Source: a virus
Direction: 5' to 3' (one strand)
DNA: 64,000 nucleotides
Virus record (IMG/VR): IMGVR_UViG_3300023179_000016
Span: 32,001-96,000 of that record
Shown here: positions 34,490-44,083 of the stretch, piece by piece
How the letters are laid out: each line of letters starts with the position of its first letter
Position numbering within the stretch: the stretch's first letter is position 1
Notes under the pieces: generated by a model
The model's database searches: none
What the model was told of the DNA's origin: nothing
What the model saw: the letters and a program-made list of their open reading frames with translations, nothing else
Translations under genes and position numbers: made by a program

Positions 34490-34736
34490 TGTTTCCTAAA
34501 AGATCGTCTACGGCTTCATCTAATAGCAACTTAGTTGCTATCTCGAGATATTTTGCATCGGCCTGTTCCTCAGTAAGATCTTCGATTCCTACAGCCTCGA
34601 CGCAAGACATCCAGGTGCCATCTGGTTTTTGCTTTAACTTACTCATAGGGCATGTTGCACATATGTTGGGTTTTGCCCAGCAACAGTTGCCTTCCTCTTC
34701 TATTATTTTTTTTAAGATGTTCTTCTTCTGGTCCAT
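34479..34736 (-). CDS. small Cys-cluster protein (paralogue of 34250..34489)
   Basis: ILKKIIEEEGNCC-x6-CATCP...SC. Confidence 0.7.
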   Translation of the reverse strand: MDQKKNILKKIIEEEGNCCWAKPNICATCPMSKLKQKPDGTWMSCVEAVGIEDLTEEQADAKYLEIATKLLLDEAVDDLLGNNGS

Positions 34737-34740
34737 TTTA

Positions 34741-34751
34741 TATATATTCGG
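34741..34751 (-). promoter_or_regulatory. CCGA-N3-TATA motif
   Basis: CCGAATATATA immediately before ATG 34736. Confidence 0.65.
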
Positions 34752-34807
34752 ATAAGGTTAATTATACAATCATATTGTATCGTGTTTAAAGGTATAATTT
34801 AAGTCTA

Positions 34808-35131
34808 ATGATATCAATTACTAAAAATGCTGCACAAGAGTTACTAAGGCTTCTTGAAGGCAAAGACAAGGATACATATATAAGAATTAGAGTTATAGGA
34901 GGCGGCTGCTCTGGCTTAAATTACAAGTTAGATTTTGACAATGAATCTACAGTTTCGTCTGACAAGATAGTCATATTTGATGCTGTCAAGGTGGCCATAG
35001 ATAGTAAGTCAGCACTATTTTTAGACAAGACTGAGTTAGATTATAGTGGAGGTTTAAATGGCAAAGGTTTCACGTTTAATAATCCAAACGCTAAAAGAAC
35101 ATGCGGATGTGGTTCTAGTTTTAGCGTATAA
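34808..35131 (+). CDS. iscA: A-type Fe-S carrier (IscA/HesB/ErpA family)
   Basis: GGGCSG and NPNAKRTCGCGSSF. Confidence 0.93.
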   Translation: MISITKNAAQELLRLLEGKDKDTYIRIRVIGGGCSGLNYKLDFDNESTVSSDKIVIFDAVKVAIDSKSALFLDKTELDYSGGLNGKGFTFNNPNAKRTCGCGSSFSV

Positions 35132-35156
35132 GCGCTTTATAGGGTAAAATTACAAT

Positions 35157-35978
35157 ATGAGCATGGATCGTCCAGATAAACCGTATCCCATACCTCCGCC
35201 AGCTTCACCGCTGTCGACTCCTTCTCCAATGCCCTTGTATATTCCCGATCCCAGCATAAAAGGGGTTAGTTTTGATCAATTATTAAATCAACGCGGCATT
35301 AGGATGATACATAAAAAGGCAATACCATGCATGAATATAGGATCTGTCAACTATCAAGCGCATGAGCCAGATTGTTCATTTTGCGACGATTCTGGCATTC
35401 TGTATTACGACAGTAAAGAAACATGGGGAGTATTTACTGGCAACTCAATAGAAAAAACTTTTGAAGCCCACGGTGTATGGGAAATTGGCACTGCTGTTGT
35501 CACTCTGCCGACAGAATATAAAGACGGCACACAAGCCGATTTTAATACATACGATAAATTGGTGATACCAGATTACACGGTGAGATTATGGGAATTAAAA
35601 GAATACGAACCTACAACTGACAATAAGCAGCGTCTTAGATACGATGTAACTAATGTAGAGTATGCCTCTTCTATATCCAATGGAATACAAAAACTGTACT
35701 ATCCTGGCTCAGATTTTAATATTAGCGAAGAAGGTTATATAGAATGGATACCAGGTCAAGAACCATCATATGATTCTGTAAATCAAAGAGGCGAAGTCAT
35801 AGGATGGGCTTACTTTGCTAATCCGGTATACATAGTTCTGCAATCTCTTAGAGAATTAAGAATAACTCAAGAATTAATAGGTGGAGTCAAACAGGCTAGA
35901 AGATTACCGCAGCAAGTTCTAGTAAGAAGAGACTTCATGGCCGATAACTCAGAAAAGATAAACACTTCTCAACCTTAA
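35157..35978 (+). CDS. putative neck/head-completion protein
   Basis: AIPC...CSFCDDSG motif; position upstream of sheath; ATG 7 nt after TAAAAT. Confidence 0.6.
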   Translation: MSMDRPDKPYPIPPPASPLSTPSPMPLYIPDPSIKGVSFDQLLNQRGIRMIHKKAIPCMNIGSVNYQAHEPDCSFCDDSGILYYDSKETWGVFTGNSIEKTFEAHGVWEIGTAVVTLPTEYKDGTQADFNTYDKLVIPDYTVRLWELKEYEPTTDNKQRLRYDVTNVEYASSISNGIQKLYYPGSDFNISEEGYIEWIPGQEPSYDSVNQRGEVIGWAYFANPVYIVLQSLRELRITQELIGGVKQARRLPQQVLVRRDFMADNSEKINTSQP

Positions 35979-36031
35979 ATTAAGTACAAATATGAGTTAT
36001 AATTACACTATTAATAGGTTTATATCGTAAT

Positions 36032-37618
36032 ATGCCAAAGGTAGTCAGCAAAGCACAATATAGGATGATGCAGGGAATTCTGCATGGTAAACACAAGGGC
36101 ACCAAAAGAGGCGATCATGGTCCACCTAAATGGGCTATCGAGCATTATGATTTTCCAGATTATAAATCTCTTCCAGAATCTAAGGGAAAAGAGTTGGAAG
36201 GTGGTCATTGGGGACATGGGGATGGCAACAGCGAATACCATAAGCACAAAACTAGAAAAGAATATAATAAGCACCATCCGCATCACGGTCATGGAAGAAA
36301 TAAAAAAAATAAAGATGAATCTAAAAAGTCGCATGAAAAGAAGAAAAAATCTTTAAAGAAGACAGATTCTGGCTATGAGTGGGCCGCGATGATACTGATG
36401 GATGACAACAATAGGGTTCTATTGGGTCAGCATACTGACGGTAGTTTAGCATTTCCAGGTGGACATGTTGACTCTACTGATCCAGATACAGAAGTCACTG
36501 CTATCAGAGAAACCAAAGAAGAGACAGGCATTGAAGTACAGACTGCAACTAAAATTTGGAGCTCTAAGGGCAAAAATAAAGGCGATCTGTATATAGCAGA
36601 AAAGTTCACAGGTTCTCCTAAAAACAGCAATGAGCTTAAAAATTTAAAGTGGCATGAGCCTCATGAAATACAGTGGGAAGATGTTAGAGATTGCTGTGTC
36701 AAACCGCTAAAATATTTTATTAAATATAAGCTCGGCAAATCTTTGAAGGGCATGATGGCCCTAGAATCTTTAAATAAAAATATAGTTAGACAGAAGTCAG
36801 GTGTAACACACGAGATAACTCACGGCGATGCACTAAGATTGATTGGCACAGGTTTATTTAAAAAAATTAAAAAAGAAGTCGAGGACATGCAGGATGAGGA
36901 CTTTAGAGATTTTAAATTAGACACTTGCACAGTTAAGATAAGAAAACACATGAACGATGTCTATTCAGGTAACGTTGTAGATGGCCATAAAACCATATAT
37001 CAATTTACTAATAAATCTCTGCCAGAAGTTACTGCTGCACTCATGAGTGTTTTTGAGTGGTACTTGCCAGAAGATGAGGATATTCTAAACACGATCGATG
37101 AGAAGAACATATCTGATGACGATATACATGGTGGCCTATCTGCTCTAATAGATCATTATAAAAAGCACAACATAAGCAACATCTATGCTGAGATGGAAAA
37201 TATTCGCGAAGAGATAAGAAATGGTGTCGCAGTAGATGTTCAGCAGATAGAAGCCAGAATAATGAAGTTATTTGACAAGCTAGAAGATGTAGTGCACACG
37301 ATAGTAGATAAGCACAACACTCTAAAAGATTTAACAGAAAAAGAGTTAGAAGAGATCGATAAAAAATTACGCGAACTACAGTCGAAGATCGACGACATGA
37401 ATAAGAAATCAGAAACTGTAGAGGCTATTTCTGTACATAAAAAGAACCCAGAAAAAATTCTTAGAGAAGAATACTCTTACCTGCCAAGACCCTCTATAGA
37501 GATTTCGCCAGAAGGCAAAATCAAGATAACGTTTGACTCCGAATGGACATCGCTTGAAAAAGAAAATTTCTTGCATGATCTCCGTGCCAAAGTACTTAAA
37601 AAAGAGAAAAGCAAATAA
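36032..37618 (+). CDS. Nudix hydrolase fusion with His/Lys-rich N-terminus and coiled-coil C-terminus
   Basis: FPGGHVD...AIRETKEETGI Nudix box. Confidence 0.82.
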   Translation: MPKVVSKAQYRMMQGILHGKHKGTKRGDHGPPKWAIEHYDFPDYKSLPESKGKELEGGHWGHGDGNSEYHKHKTRKEYNKHHPHHGHGRNKKNKDESKKSHEKKKKSLKKTDSGYEWAAMILMDDNNRVLLGQHTDGSLAFPGGHVDSTDPDTEVTAIRETKEETGIEVQTATKIWSSKGKNKGDLYIAEKFTGSPKNSNELKNLKWHEPHEIQWEDVRDCCVKPLKYFIKYKLGKSLKGMMALESLNKNIVRQKSGVTHEITHGDALRLIGTGLFKKIKKEVEDMQDEDFRDFKLDTCTVKIRKHMNDVYSGNVVDGHKTIYQFTNKSLPEVTAALMSVFEWYLPEDEDILNTIDEKNISDDDIHGGLSALIDHYKKHNISNIYAEMENIREEIRNGVAVDVQQIEARIMKLFDKLEDVVHTIVDKHNTLKDLTEKELEEIDKKLRELQSKIDDMNKKSETVEAISVHKKNPEKILREEYSYLPRPSIEISPEGKIKITFDSEWTSLEKENFLHDLRAKVLKKEKSK

Positions 37619-38262
37619 TGAGATCTATTTTTTTAGAATTAGAATCATTGAGAGCTTATTTAAACTCTAGAGAGATGGATGCAGACAGCATAGAAGAAAT
37701 TATATCTGCTGCAGAAAAAGAGATCTCTTCTGCACTTCAAGATAAATTAGATGAAGGTTTAGAATTAGCGGTTCAATCCGGTGTTCAAAAAGATTCATCA
37801 GATTTTATTAATGATTTAAGACCTAGATTTGATGCGTTCATAGTAGATACAAGATCTGGATCCACCGACTTCTCAGATCCTCCTTTTCCAATGCTCGATA
37901 GACTTTTAACTGGCAATGTAAAACCTATGAAAGATGGTTCCGGTGTATATAAAGTGATACCAGTTGGAGCCCCTAGTAAATCAACAAGATCACCTATTCA
38001 CACAAATATATTTGACGCTCAAAAGGCTATCATGGCAGAAAGAAATCAGGCCTCTAGGGAGCGTCTTCGCGGTACGGCGTCAAGAGGGACGGGGGCACAA
38101 TTTAGAACCGCCACCAGCAAACAAGATAGAAATTCGCAGTGGGTTATGCCGGCCAAAGACAAAGACTTTACTGAAGATTTAGATCAAATAAACGAAATGC
38201 TTAGAGAAGAGCGCGAAAAGATAATAAACGATGTTATTCGTTCCTATATGGAGAACTACTAA
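37618..38262 (+). CDS. putative neck/tail-completion protein
   Basis: position; YKVIP...QFRTATS...WVMP pattern. Confidence 0.5.
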   Translation: MRSIFLELESLRAYLNSREMDADSIEEIISAAEKEISSALQDKLDEGLELAVQSGVQKDSSDFINDLRPRFDAFIVDTRSGSTDFSDPPFPMLDRLLTGNVKPMKDGSGVYKVIPVGAPSKSTRSPIHTNIFDAQKAIMAERNQASRERLRGTASRGTGAQFRTATSKQDRNSQWVMPAKDKDFTEDLDQINEMLREEREKIINDVIRSYMENY

Positions 38263-38987
38263 TGTCTTTCGTAATGCCAGAAATAGTGATGCAGAAGATA
38301 TTAGACTATGGCATAAAACAACTTCGTCAAAATAAAGTCGAATTTTATGATCTATTCAGTCAATTCACTCAAGAAGAGCTTAACAGCGACTATGGTGAAA
38401 AATATCTAGAAGAGATATGGAATTGGTTTACTACCACCAAAATACCAGTTGTTAAAGCTTGGACCTTTAATAGGCAAAACATACCCAGTATAAGTGTACA
38501 TCTTGCAAATGAGACCGAAGATGAAAGCAAAGCCAGTCTTCAGGACATTGGTGGATTGACCGATGACGGTGAGACCGGCATGGGCGTATTCACAGTAATG
38601 ATAGATATAGGAATACATGCCAATAAAGCCGGCGATCATGTGTTGTGGCTGTATTACATAGTTGCATACATACTGTTTAAACACAAGAGAATGGCAGAAA
38701 GATTTGGTCTTTCTTTACATACATTTAGTGCTTCCGATTACAATAAAGACGCTAATAAGATGACAGAAAATATATGGACTAGATGGGTAAGATATAGATG
38801 CACTACTCAGAACTTCTGGCCATCGATTAAGTATCTAGAAATTAACGGAATAAATACGGATGTTAGCATCTTAGAAGATCCATCTGGAGACTATGCAACA
38901 GACGATATAGAAAATATGGATACTGAGTATAATGGGGGAATAATGGTGAGCAGTACGGAAAAAGACAACGAAGATGTGCTTATTTAG
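38262..38987 (+). CDS. putative tail terminator/completion protein
   Basis: position before sheath; PSISVHLANETE. Confidence 0.55.
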   Translation: MSFVMPEIVMQKILDYGIKQLRQNKVEFYDLFSQFTQEELNSDYGEKYLEEIWNWFTTTKIPVVKAWTFNRQNIPSISVHLANETEDESKASLQDIGGLTDDGETGMGVFTVMIDIGIHANKAGDHVLWLYYIVAYILFKHKRMAERFGLSLHTFSASDYNKDANKMTENIWTRWVRYRCTTQNFWPSIKYLEINGINTDVSILEDPSGDYATDDIENMDTEYNGGIMVSSTEKDNEDVLI

Positions 38988-39023
38988 GCCCAATTAACGG
39001 TTAAAATGTATTTAAGGTGCAAT

Positions 39024-39329
39024 ATGAGAAAAAGAAATAATCACATGGTTCTAGAAAAGAATAACGCTGTTGAACTTAAAACCGCTGACGACACTGTTGA
39101 TGAGGCCGTAAAGACAGAGTCAACTATAGTTGAAGAAGTAGCCGTAGTAGAAGAACCAGTTCAAAAAGTTGACTTTGATACGTGGTATACAGTCCGTAGG
39201 GGTGCAATACCGCTACATCATCACAAAGAAATAATAAAGGCGGACTTTACGGCTAGAAAAGTACCGCAAGTCTGCACTATGTCAGAATTTGACAGTGCAT
39301 TAGAAAAATATGGCCTAAAAGTTAATTAA
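39024..39329 (+). CDS. hypothetical protein
   Basis: start MRKRN with AAGG RBS. Confidence 0.65.
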   Translation: MRKRNNHMVLEKNNAVELKTADDTVDEAVKTESTIVEEVAVVEEPVQKVDFDTWYTVRRGAIPLHHHKEIIKADFTARKVPQVCTMSEFDSALEKYGLKVN

Positions 39330-39389
39330 ACTAACTAAATAGATATGTTATAATTTACAAGAAACTTGTAGAGATCAGGAGATACAGAC

Positions 39390-41630
39390 ATGGCAATCAA
39401 TGTGAGCTTTAACGGCGCGACAATTTACAAACCAGGCGCTTACTCCAAAACCACGATAGATCTAGGCGGTGGATTTCCACTAAGCCCAACCGGTCTAGTG
39501 GCGATTTTTGGCGAAGCAGATGCTGGAGCACCAGGATCCGCAGAAATAAACATAGCTGATAATTACTTTAGCCCAGATCAACTACCACAGATTAGAGCAA
39601 AATATGGCAGAGGCAGTATAGTAGATGCATGCAATCTACTCTTCTCTCCAGGTGCCGATGGAGCTATTCCTGGAGGCGCTCAAGCTGTATACATCTACAA
39701 GACCAATGCTTCTGTGCGCGCTACTCTAGACCCTGTCGCAGCCGGCGGCGGATCAAATGATTACGGAAGATTGCGCGCTAGAGAATGGGGCGCTGGAGGT
39801 AATCAAGTCACCTTCAAAAATACACTCATAGCTGAATCTCCAGCAAATATCACAAGTGCCACAATTACCTTTCCGGTAGTTGTCGTTCTCGGCGCCAACG
39901 ATGAATTAAAATACAGTCTCAATGGAAATCCAGAAGCTACTGCTACAGTAGCTGCCGGCAGCTATGCAAACGTTGCCGCATTAGTTGCAGCGCTTAACTC
40001 TGCATTGGGCGCAGGTACGCTAGTTGCCTCTGCAGGTGCTGCCGCAAACACAGTCAAATTGACTCAGGCAGCTGGTACCAATATACATAGAACTGGTGCC
40101 GGAAGATCTATGCAGATTACCTCTGGCAATATCAATGCAAGTATTGGCATGACAAATAATGAATGGGCTGCAGCAGAATCTGAGACTATGGCTGTGCTCA
40201 CCGTTAAAAATCCAGTATCTACTCTAGAAGAAACAAGCAGTGTCGGTGGAGATATAGTTATATCTATGGGTCGCGATACTAGCGGCAGCTGCACTGCTGC
40301 TAGCGTATCTATATCTGCGACACAGGTAACACTCACTCAAACTGGTGCTTCCCCTGCCTCTATAGCGCTAAACAAATCTGATTTTCCAACTATTCAATCT
40401 CTTGTTGATTATGTTAACACTTTGTCTGGTTGGAGCGCGGCTGCAGCTAGTGTTAGAACCGGACAATTATCTCTTTCTATTCTAGATAGAGTTTCCAGTG
40501 CCGGCGCTCTTCATTACGGAGCATCTGCACTAAAGCCCGCTAGAATAAAACAAGATGCAACAAAAGTCGCTGAATTCTTCGATCTTTCTTCTCAGGTCGA
40601 ACTTGTTCCTCTGACTTCTGCATCTGAAGTTAAAAAAGTTGGCTTACCAGATCAGCAAGGCGTGCCAAGTGCACTCTATCTAACCGGTGGAGTTAAAGGC
40701 GGAACTTCCTCTTCTGAGATCACAAATGCTCTCAGTAAGTTTGAAAAATTCCGCGTCAATTCTGTTGTTCCTCTCTTCTCTAGAGATGCAACAGACGATA
40801 TAAATGATGCTCTTACTGATGGATCTTCTACATACACCATTGATGCGATTCATCAGGCAGTTAAGACACATCTTAGCTTGATGTCAACTACCAAAAAGAA
40901 GTCTGAGCGTCAAGGATATCTGTCGTGTAAGGCCAGCTACTCTGATTGTAAGTCTAAAATTGCAAGCATGTCTAGCGCTAGAATACAGATGACAATTCAA
41001 GACGTAAGACAGGCCGATGCCGATGGCAATATCAAGTGGTTCCAGCCTTGGGCTGGTGCTGCACTACTTGCCGGCGCACGCGGTGGATCTCCTATCGGCA
41101 ATCCAATGACATTTAAATATTTCAATATGTCTGGTGTCAGACAGACTGGACAGCCAATATCAACCGCAGAACAAGATATCGCAACAGACTTCGACCCAGA
41201 TACTCAGTATGATGATGCAATTCAGTCTGGCGTAACCTTCTGGGAAGCTCCTCAGACTGGTGGATTCCGTCTAGTTGTAGATAACACTACATACGGAAAA
41301 GACGGTAATTGGGTCTACAACAGAGCCAACGTTCTTTATGCTGCCGATGTACTCGCATATGATTTTAGAAATCAACTAGAAAATATCTATGTTGGTCTAA
41401 AAAATACTGTGTCTGCATCAGAGATTAAATCTACCTGCGAATCTATACTTTCAACGTATCTTTCTCAAGGTATTACCGTAAACACTGCTGACGCACCAAA
41501 CGGATTCAAGCAGCTTGTCGTTCAAATTAATGGCAACACTGTCAATGTATCTGTTGTGGTCAAGCTAGTTGAGGGAATCGACTTTGTACTTGCAGATATC
41601 ACGCTACAGAGAGCGCAACAGAGCGCTTAA
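39390..41630 (+). CDS. contractile tail sheath protein
   Basis: IYKPGAYS start, GEADAG, AREWGAGGN, LTGG, VVDNTTY C-terminal domain. Confidence 0.9.
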   Translation: MAINVSFNGATIYKPGAYSKTTIDLGGGFPLSPTGLVAIFGEADAGAPGSAEINIADNYFSPDQLPQIRAKYGRGSIVDACNLLFSPGADGAIPGGAQAVYIYKTNASVRATLDPVAAGGGSNDYGRLRAREWGAGGNQVTFKNTLIAESPANITSATITFPVVVVLGANDELKYSLNGNPEATATVAAGSYANVAALVAALNSALGAGTLVASAGAAANTVKLTQAAGTNIHRTGAGRSMQITSGNINASIGMTNNEWAAAESETMAVLTVKNPVSTLEETSSVGGDIVISMGRDTSGSCTAASVSISATQVTLTQTGASPASIALNKSDFPTIQSLVDYVNTLSGWSAAAASVRTGQLSLSILDRVSSAGALHYGASALKPARIKQDATKVAEFFDLSSQVELVPLTSASEVKKVGLPDQQGVPSALYLTGGVKGGTSSSEITNALSKFEKFRVNSVVPLFSRDATDDINDALTDGSSTYTIDAIHQAVKTHLSLMSTTKKKSERQGYLSCKASYSDCKSKIASMSSARIQMTIQDVRQADADGNIKWFQPWAGAALLAGARGGSPIGNPMTFKYFNMSGVRQTGQPISTAEQDIATDFDPDTQYDDAIQSGVTFWEAPQTGGFRLVVDNTTYGKDGNWVYNRANVLYAADVLAYDFRNQLENIYVGLKNTVSASEIKSTCESILSTYLSQGITVNTADAPNGFKQLVVQINGNTVNVSVVVKLVEGIDFVLADITLQRAQQSA

Positions 41631-41638
41631 CAATAAAC

Positions 41639-41668
41639 GGGAGGGGATGGTTCCCCTCCCATTTATTT
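41639..41668 (+). terminator. intrinsic terminator after sheath
   Basis: GGGAGGGGA/TCCCCTCCC stem and AT-rich tail. Confidence 0.65.
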
Positions 41669-41673
41669 AAAAT

Positions 41674-42192
41674 ATGTATACTAACTTAATTAAAAAATTA
41701 AATAGTTTGTTAAGTCTAATTAAAGCCGAAAATAAAAAGGGTTTTAATATAGATATTGCTCCTACACCAGGCGTAATAGATCCAGAAAAAGATAACAGAA
41801 TAATAGCTCTTAGAGCTGCATGGTCTCAGGCTCATGCGCAGGGCAAACATGATTTAAAGCAGGAAGTAGATAAGCACATAAACTTAAGACTTTCTGAAAT
41901 AGCTGAGCAAAATAAAAAACTCAACGAAGCAATGGGTAAACCAGAGCAAACCATACAGAGGTCTAAGATTAAATCTCCTTTTACCATGGAGGATGCCCAT
42001 AGCGTTTTATTAATGCCGCACGAAGATGCAAGAAAATTCGCTGAGTCTAAAGTTCACAAGCATGTCGGAATTTCATCAGCCCATAAGGGCGAAATATTAT
42101 ATAAAATATTAAGGGCTAAAAATCCCACAGAATTATCTAGATTCATAGCGTATCATGTATCAAACCCTAGAAGAACTATGGGAAAAGATTAG
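41674..42192 (+). CDS. hypothetical protein sharing a helical module with 7303..8145
   Basis: SPFTMEDAHSVLLMPHEDARKFAE vs SVFNIGHVNEVAAMKDHSETKKLAH; SLIKA motif. Confidence 0.6.
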   Translation: MYTNLIKKLNSLLSLIKAENKKGFNIDIAPTPGVIDPEKDNRIIALRAAWSQAHAQGKHDLKQEVDKHINLRLSEIAEQNKKLNEAMGKPEQTIQRSKIKSPFTMEDAHSVLLMPHEDARKFAESKVHKHVGISSAHKGEILYKILRAKNPTELSRFIAYHVSNPRRTMGKD

Positions 42193-42271
42193 TTTAACTT
42201 CATGTGTGATATATTATATTAATTACTTAAAATGAATGGTATAGGTCAACCTCAAGACCAGAAGGAACTTT

Positions 42272-42829
42272 ATGGCTAAAAAACCGATTTTTATAACAGG
42301 CGCAAATGCTAAACTTAAAATAGACGGTAAAACATTTGCATATGCACAAGATGTCAGCTATAGTGTCGCAGTAGATACTATCCCGATTGAAACAATGGGT
42401 CGCTATGAAGCTGTAACCAATGAACCAGTAAATTATTCTGTCGCTGGCGAGTTTGCTATTGTTCGGTACACTTCTGCTGCTGTTGCCGCACAGGCAGGAA
42501 TAGATGCTGCGGCATCTGGCGGTAACGGATTAGGTAACGTCAAGGGTAACAATAACAGCACCAACGGTTTATCTTCCCATGTTAATCCAGGTAAACTATT
42601 GGACTCTGTGACATGGGATTTAGAAGTTTTTCAAAAGGGTGCAGGAGCGGGTACCAATGCTCCGGTAATAAAGGTCTTAGATTGTCGCATCACTAGAAAG
42701 AGTGGTGGCCTCAATAAAAGAGGTATTTTAGTCGAGAGAGTTTCATTTGTTGGTCTACTACATGCCGACGAATCTATGACAGGTCAGCAGGCAGTTTCCA
42801 ATTCTGGTGACACTGATCTTAGCGGCTAA
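42272..42829 (+). CDS. tail tube protein (probable major)
   Basis: ITGANAKLKIDG..FAYAQDVSY, IETMGRYE; downstream of sheath, own terminator. Confidence 0.8.
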   Translation: MAKKPIFITGANAKLKIDGKTFAYAQDVSYSVAVDTIPIETMGRYEAVTNEPVNYSVAGEFAIVRYTSAAVAAQAGIDAAASGGNGLGNVKGNNNSTNGLSSHVNPGKLLDSVTWDLEVFQKGAGAGTNAPVIKVLDCRITRKSGGLNKRGILVERVSFVGLLHADESMTGQQAVSNSGDTDLSG

Positions 42830-42858
42830 ATTAACAATAACAATAGTTTGAATATAAG

Positions 42859-42889
42859 AAGGACGTCCTCAAGGCGTCCTTTTTATTTT
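42859..42889 (+). terminator. intrinsic terminator
   Basis: AAGGACGTC/GGCGTCCTT stem followed by T tract. Confidence 0.75.
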
Positions 42890-42905
42890 ATGATACAATA
42901 TATTT

Positions 42906-43460
42906 ATGGGCAATAAACCATTTTTTTTAACGGGCGCAAATGCCAAAATTAAAGTCAATGACATGACCGTTGCTTTCTGCACCGATGTATCTTATTCTGT
43001 TCAAATAATGCATCAGACACCTAAAATTTTAGGTATGTATGAAGGCACATCTGTAGAACCTATTGGTTATAATGTTTCTGGCTCATTTAGAGTTGTTAGA
43101 TATGTTAGAAACGCTGTAGATAATTTAGGTGCCCCATCTGGATCTAAGGCTAAAAATAGTGGCAATGGTATAGGTAATATGTCGTCTAGTGGACCTTGGC
43201 TCACTAACGATGCGCAAACACATCTATCTCTTGTTCCTGCTGATTTAGAAAACGCTATGGGTTTTGATCTAGAGATACATCAAAAATTATCAACTGGCGA
43301 ATTTTTAGGCGTCGCTAAGATAAGAAATTGTAGAATAGTTCAAACAGATTTTTCTTTGTCTAAGAGAGCAGCAGCAATACAAACTTATAATTTTGTTGCT
43401 CTATATGCAGACGAAGATAGCTTTATCGCAGATTTTAGTGGCAGAGGGCAGCACTTCTAA
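42906..43460 (+). CDS. tail tube paralogue 2
   Basis: LTGANAKIKVN..AFCTDVSYSV. Confidence 0.75.
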   Translation: MGNKPFFLTGANAKIKVNDMTVAFCTDVSYSVQIMHQTPKILGMYEGTSVEPIGYNVSGSFRVVRYVRNAVDNLGAPSGSKAKNSGNGIGNMSSSGPWLTNDAQTHLSLVPADLENAMGFDLEIHQKLSTGEFLGVAKIRNCRIVQTDFSLSKRAAAIQTYNFVALYADEDSFIADFSGRGQHF

Positions 43461-43462
43461 TT

Positions 43463-44044
43463 ATGGCTAAAACAGGCTTTGATAACGGCAGCGGATTTAA
43501 AAATGTTGGAGAAAATCTAACTAGTTCTTTTGGTAGTTTATTGTCTGCTAGACCTACAGCCAAATATGCTTCTGGTGCTCGATGTTTATTAAAAATAAAC
43601 AATAAATTGTGTGGTTTTGCGTTTGCTATTTCTTGGAGAATAACTACACAATCTACCGAAATTAACACAATAGATGATCCATTCGCATATGAACTTGCTC
43701 CTCAAAGAATTACAGTAGATGGCACTATATCTGCCTTACATATACCGGGTGAAGGTATTGGAGTTAAGTTATGGCAACCAGATTCATTAAATTTTTTATT
43801 TCAACAGTATATAACGATAGAGGTTAGAGATTCTGCCACTGATAACTTATTGTTTTTTACTGATAGAGCTATGATAGTTAGTAGACAAGAAGATATAAAA
43901 GTAGATTCTTTGGCCAATGTTCAATTAAGTTGGAGAGCAATAGGATTCAAGGATGAAAGAGAACCTAAATTGCCGGATGGACTCGACAACGGTACGCCTT
44001 TAGAAAACGCCTCTAAATTCCTTAAAAAATTAACATCATTTTAA
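43463..44044 (+). CDS. tail tube paralogue 3
   Basis: SGARCLLKINN..GFAFAISW; ELAP..ITVDGTI. Confidence 0.65.
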   Translation: MAKTGFDNGSGFKNVGENLTSSFGSLLSARPTAKYASGARCLLKINNKLCGFAFAISWRITTQSTEINTIDDPFAYELAPQRITVDGTISALHIPGEGIGVKLWQPDSLNFLFQQYITIEVRDSATDNLLFFTDRAMIVSRQEDIKVDSLANVQLSWRAIGFKDEREPKLPDGLDNGTPLENASKFLKKLTSF

Positions 44045-44083
44045 TATATAGTGATTTAGTTATTTTGGTATAATTATATTGAG

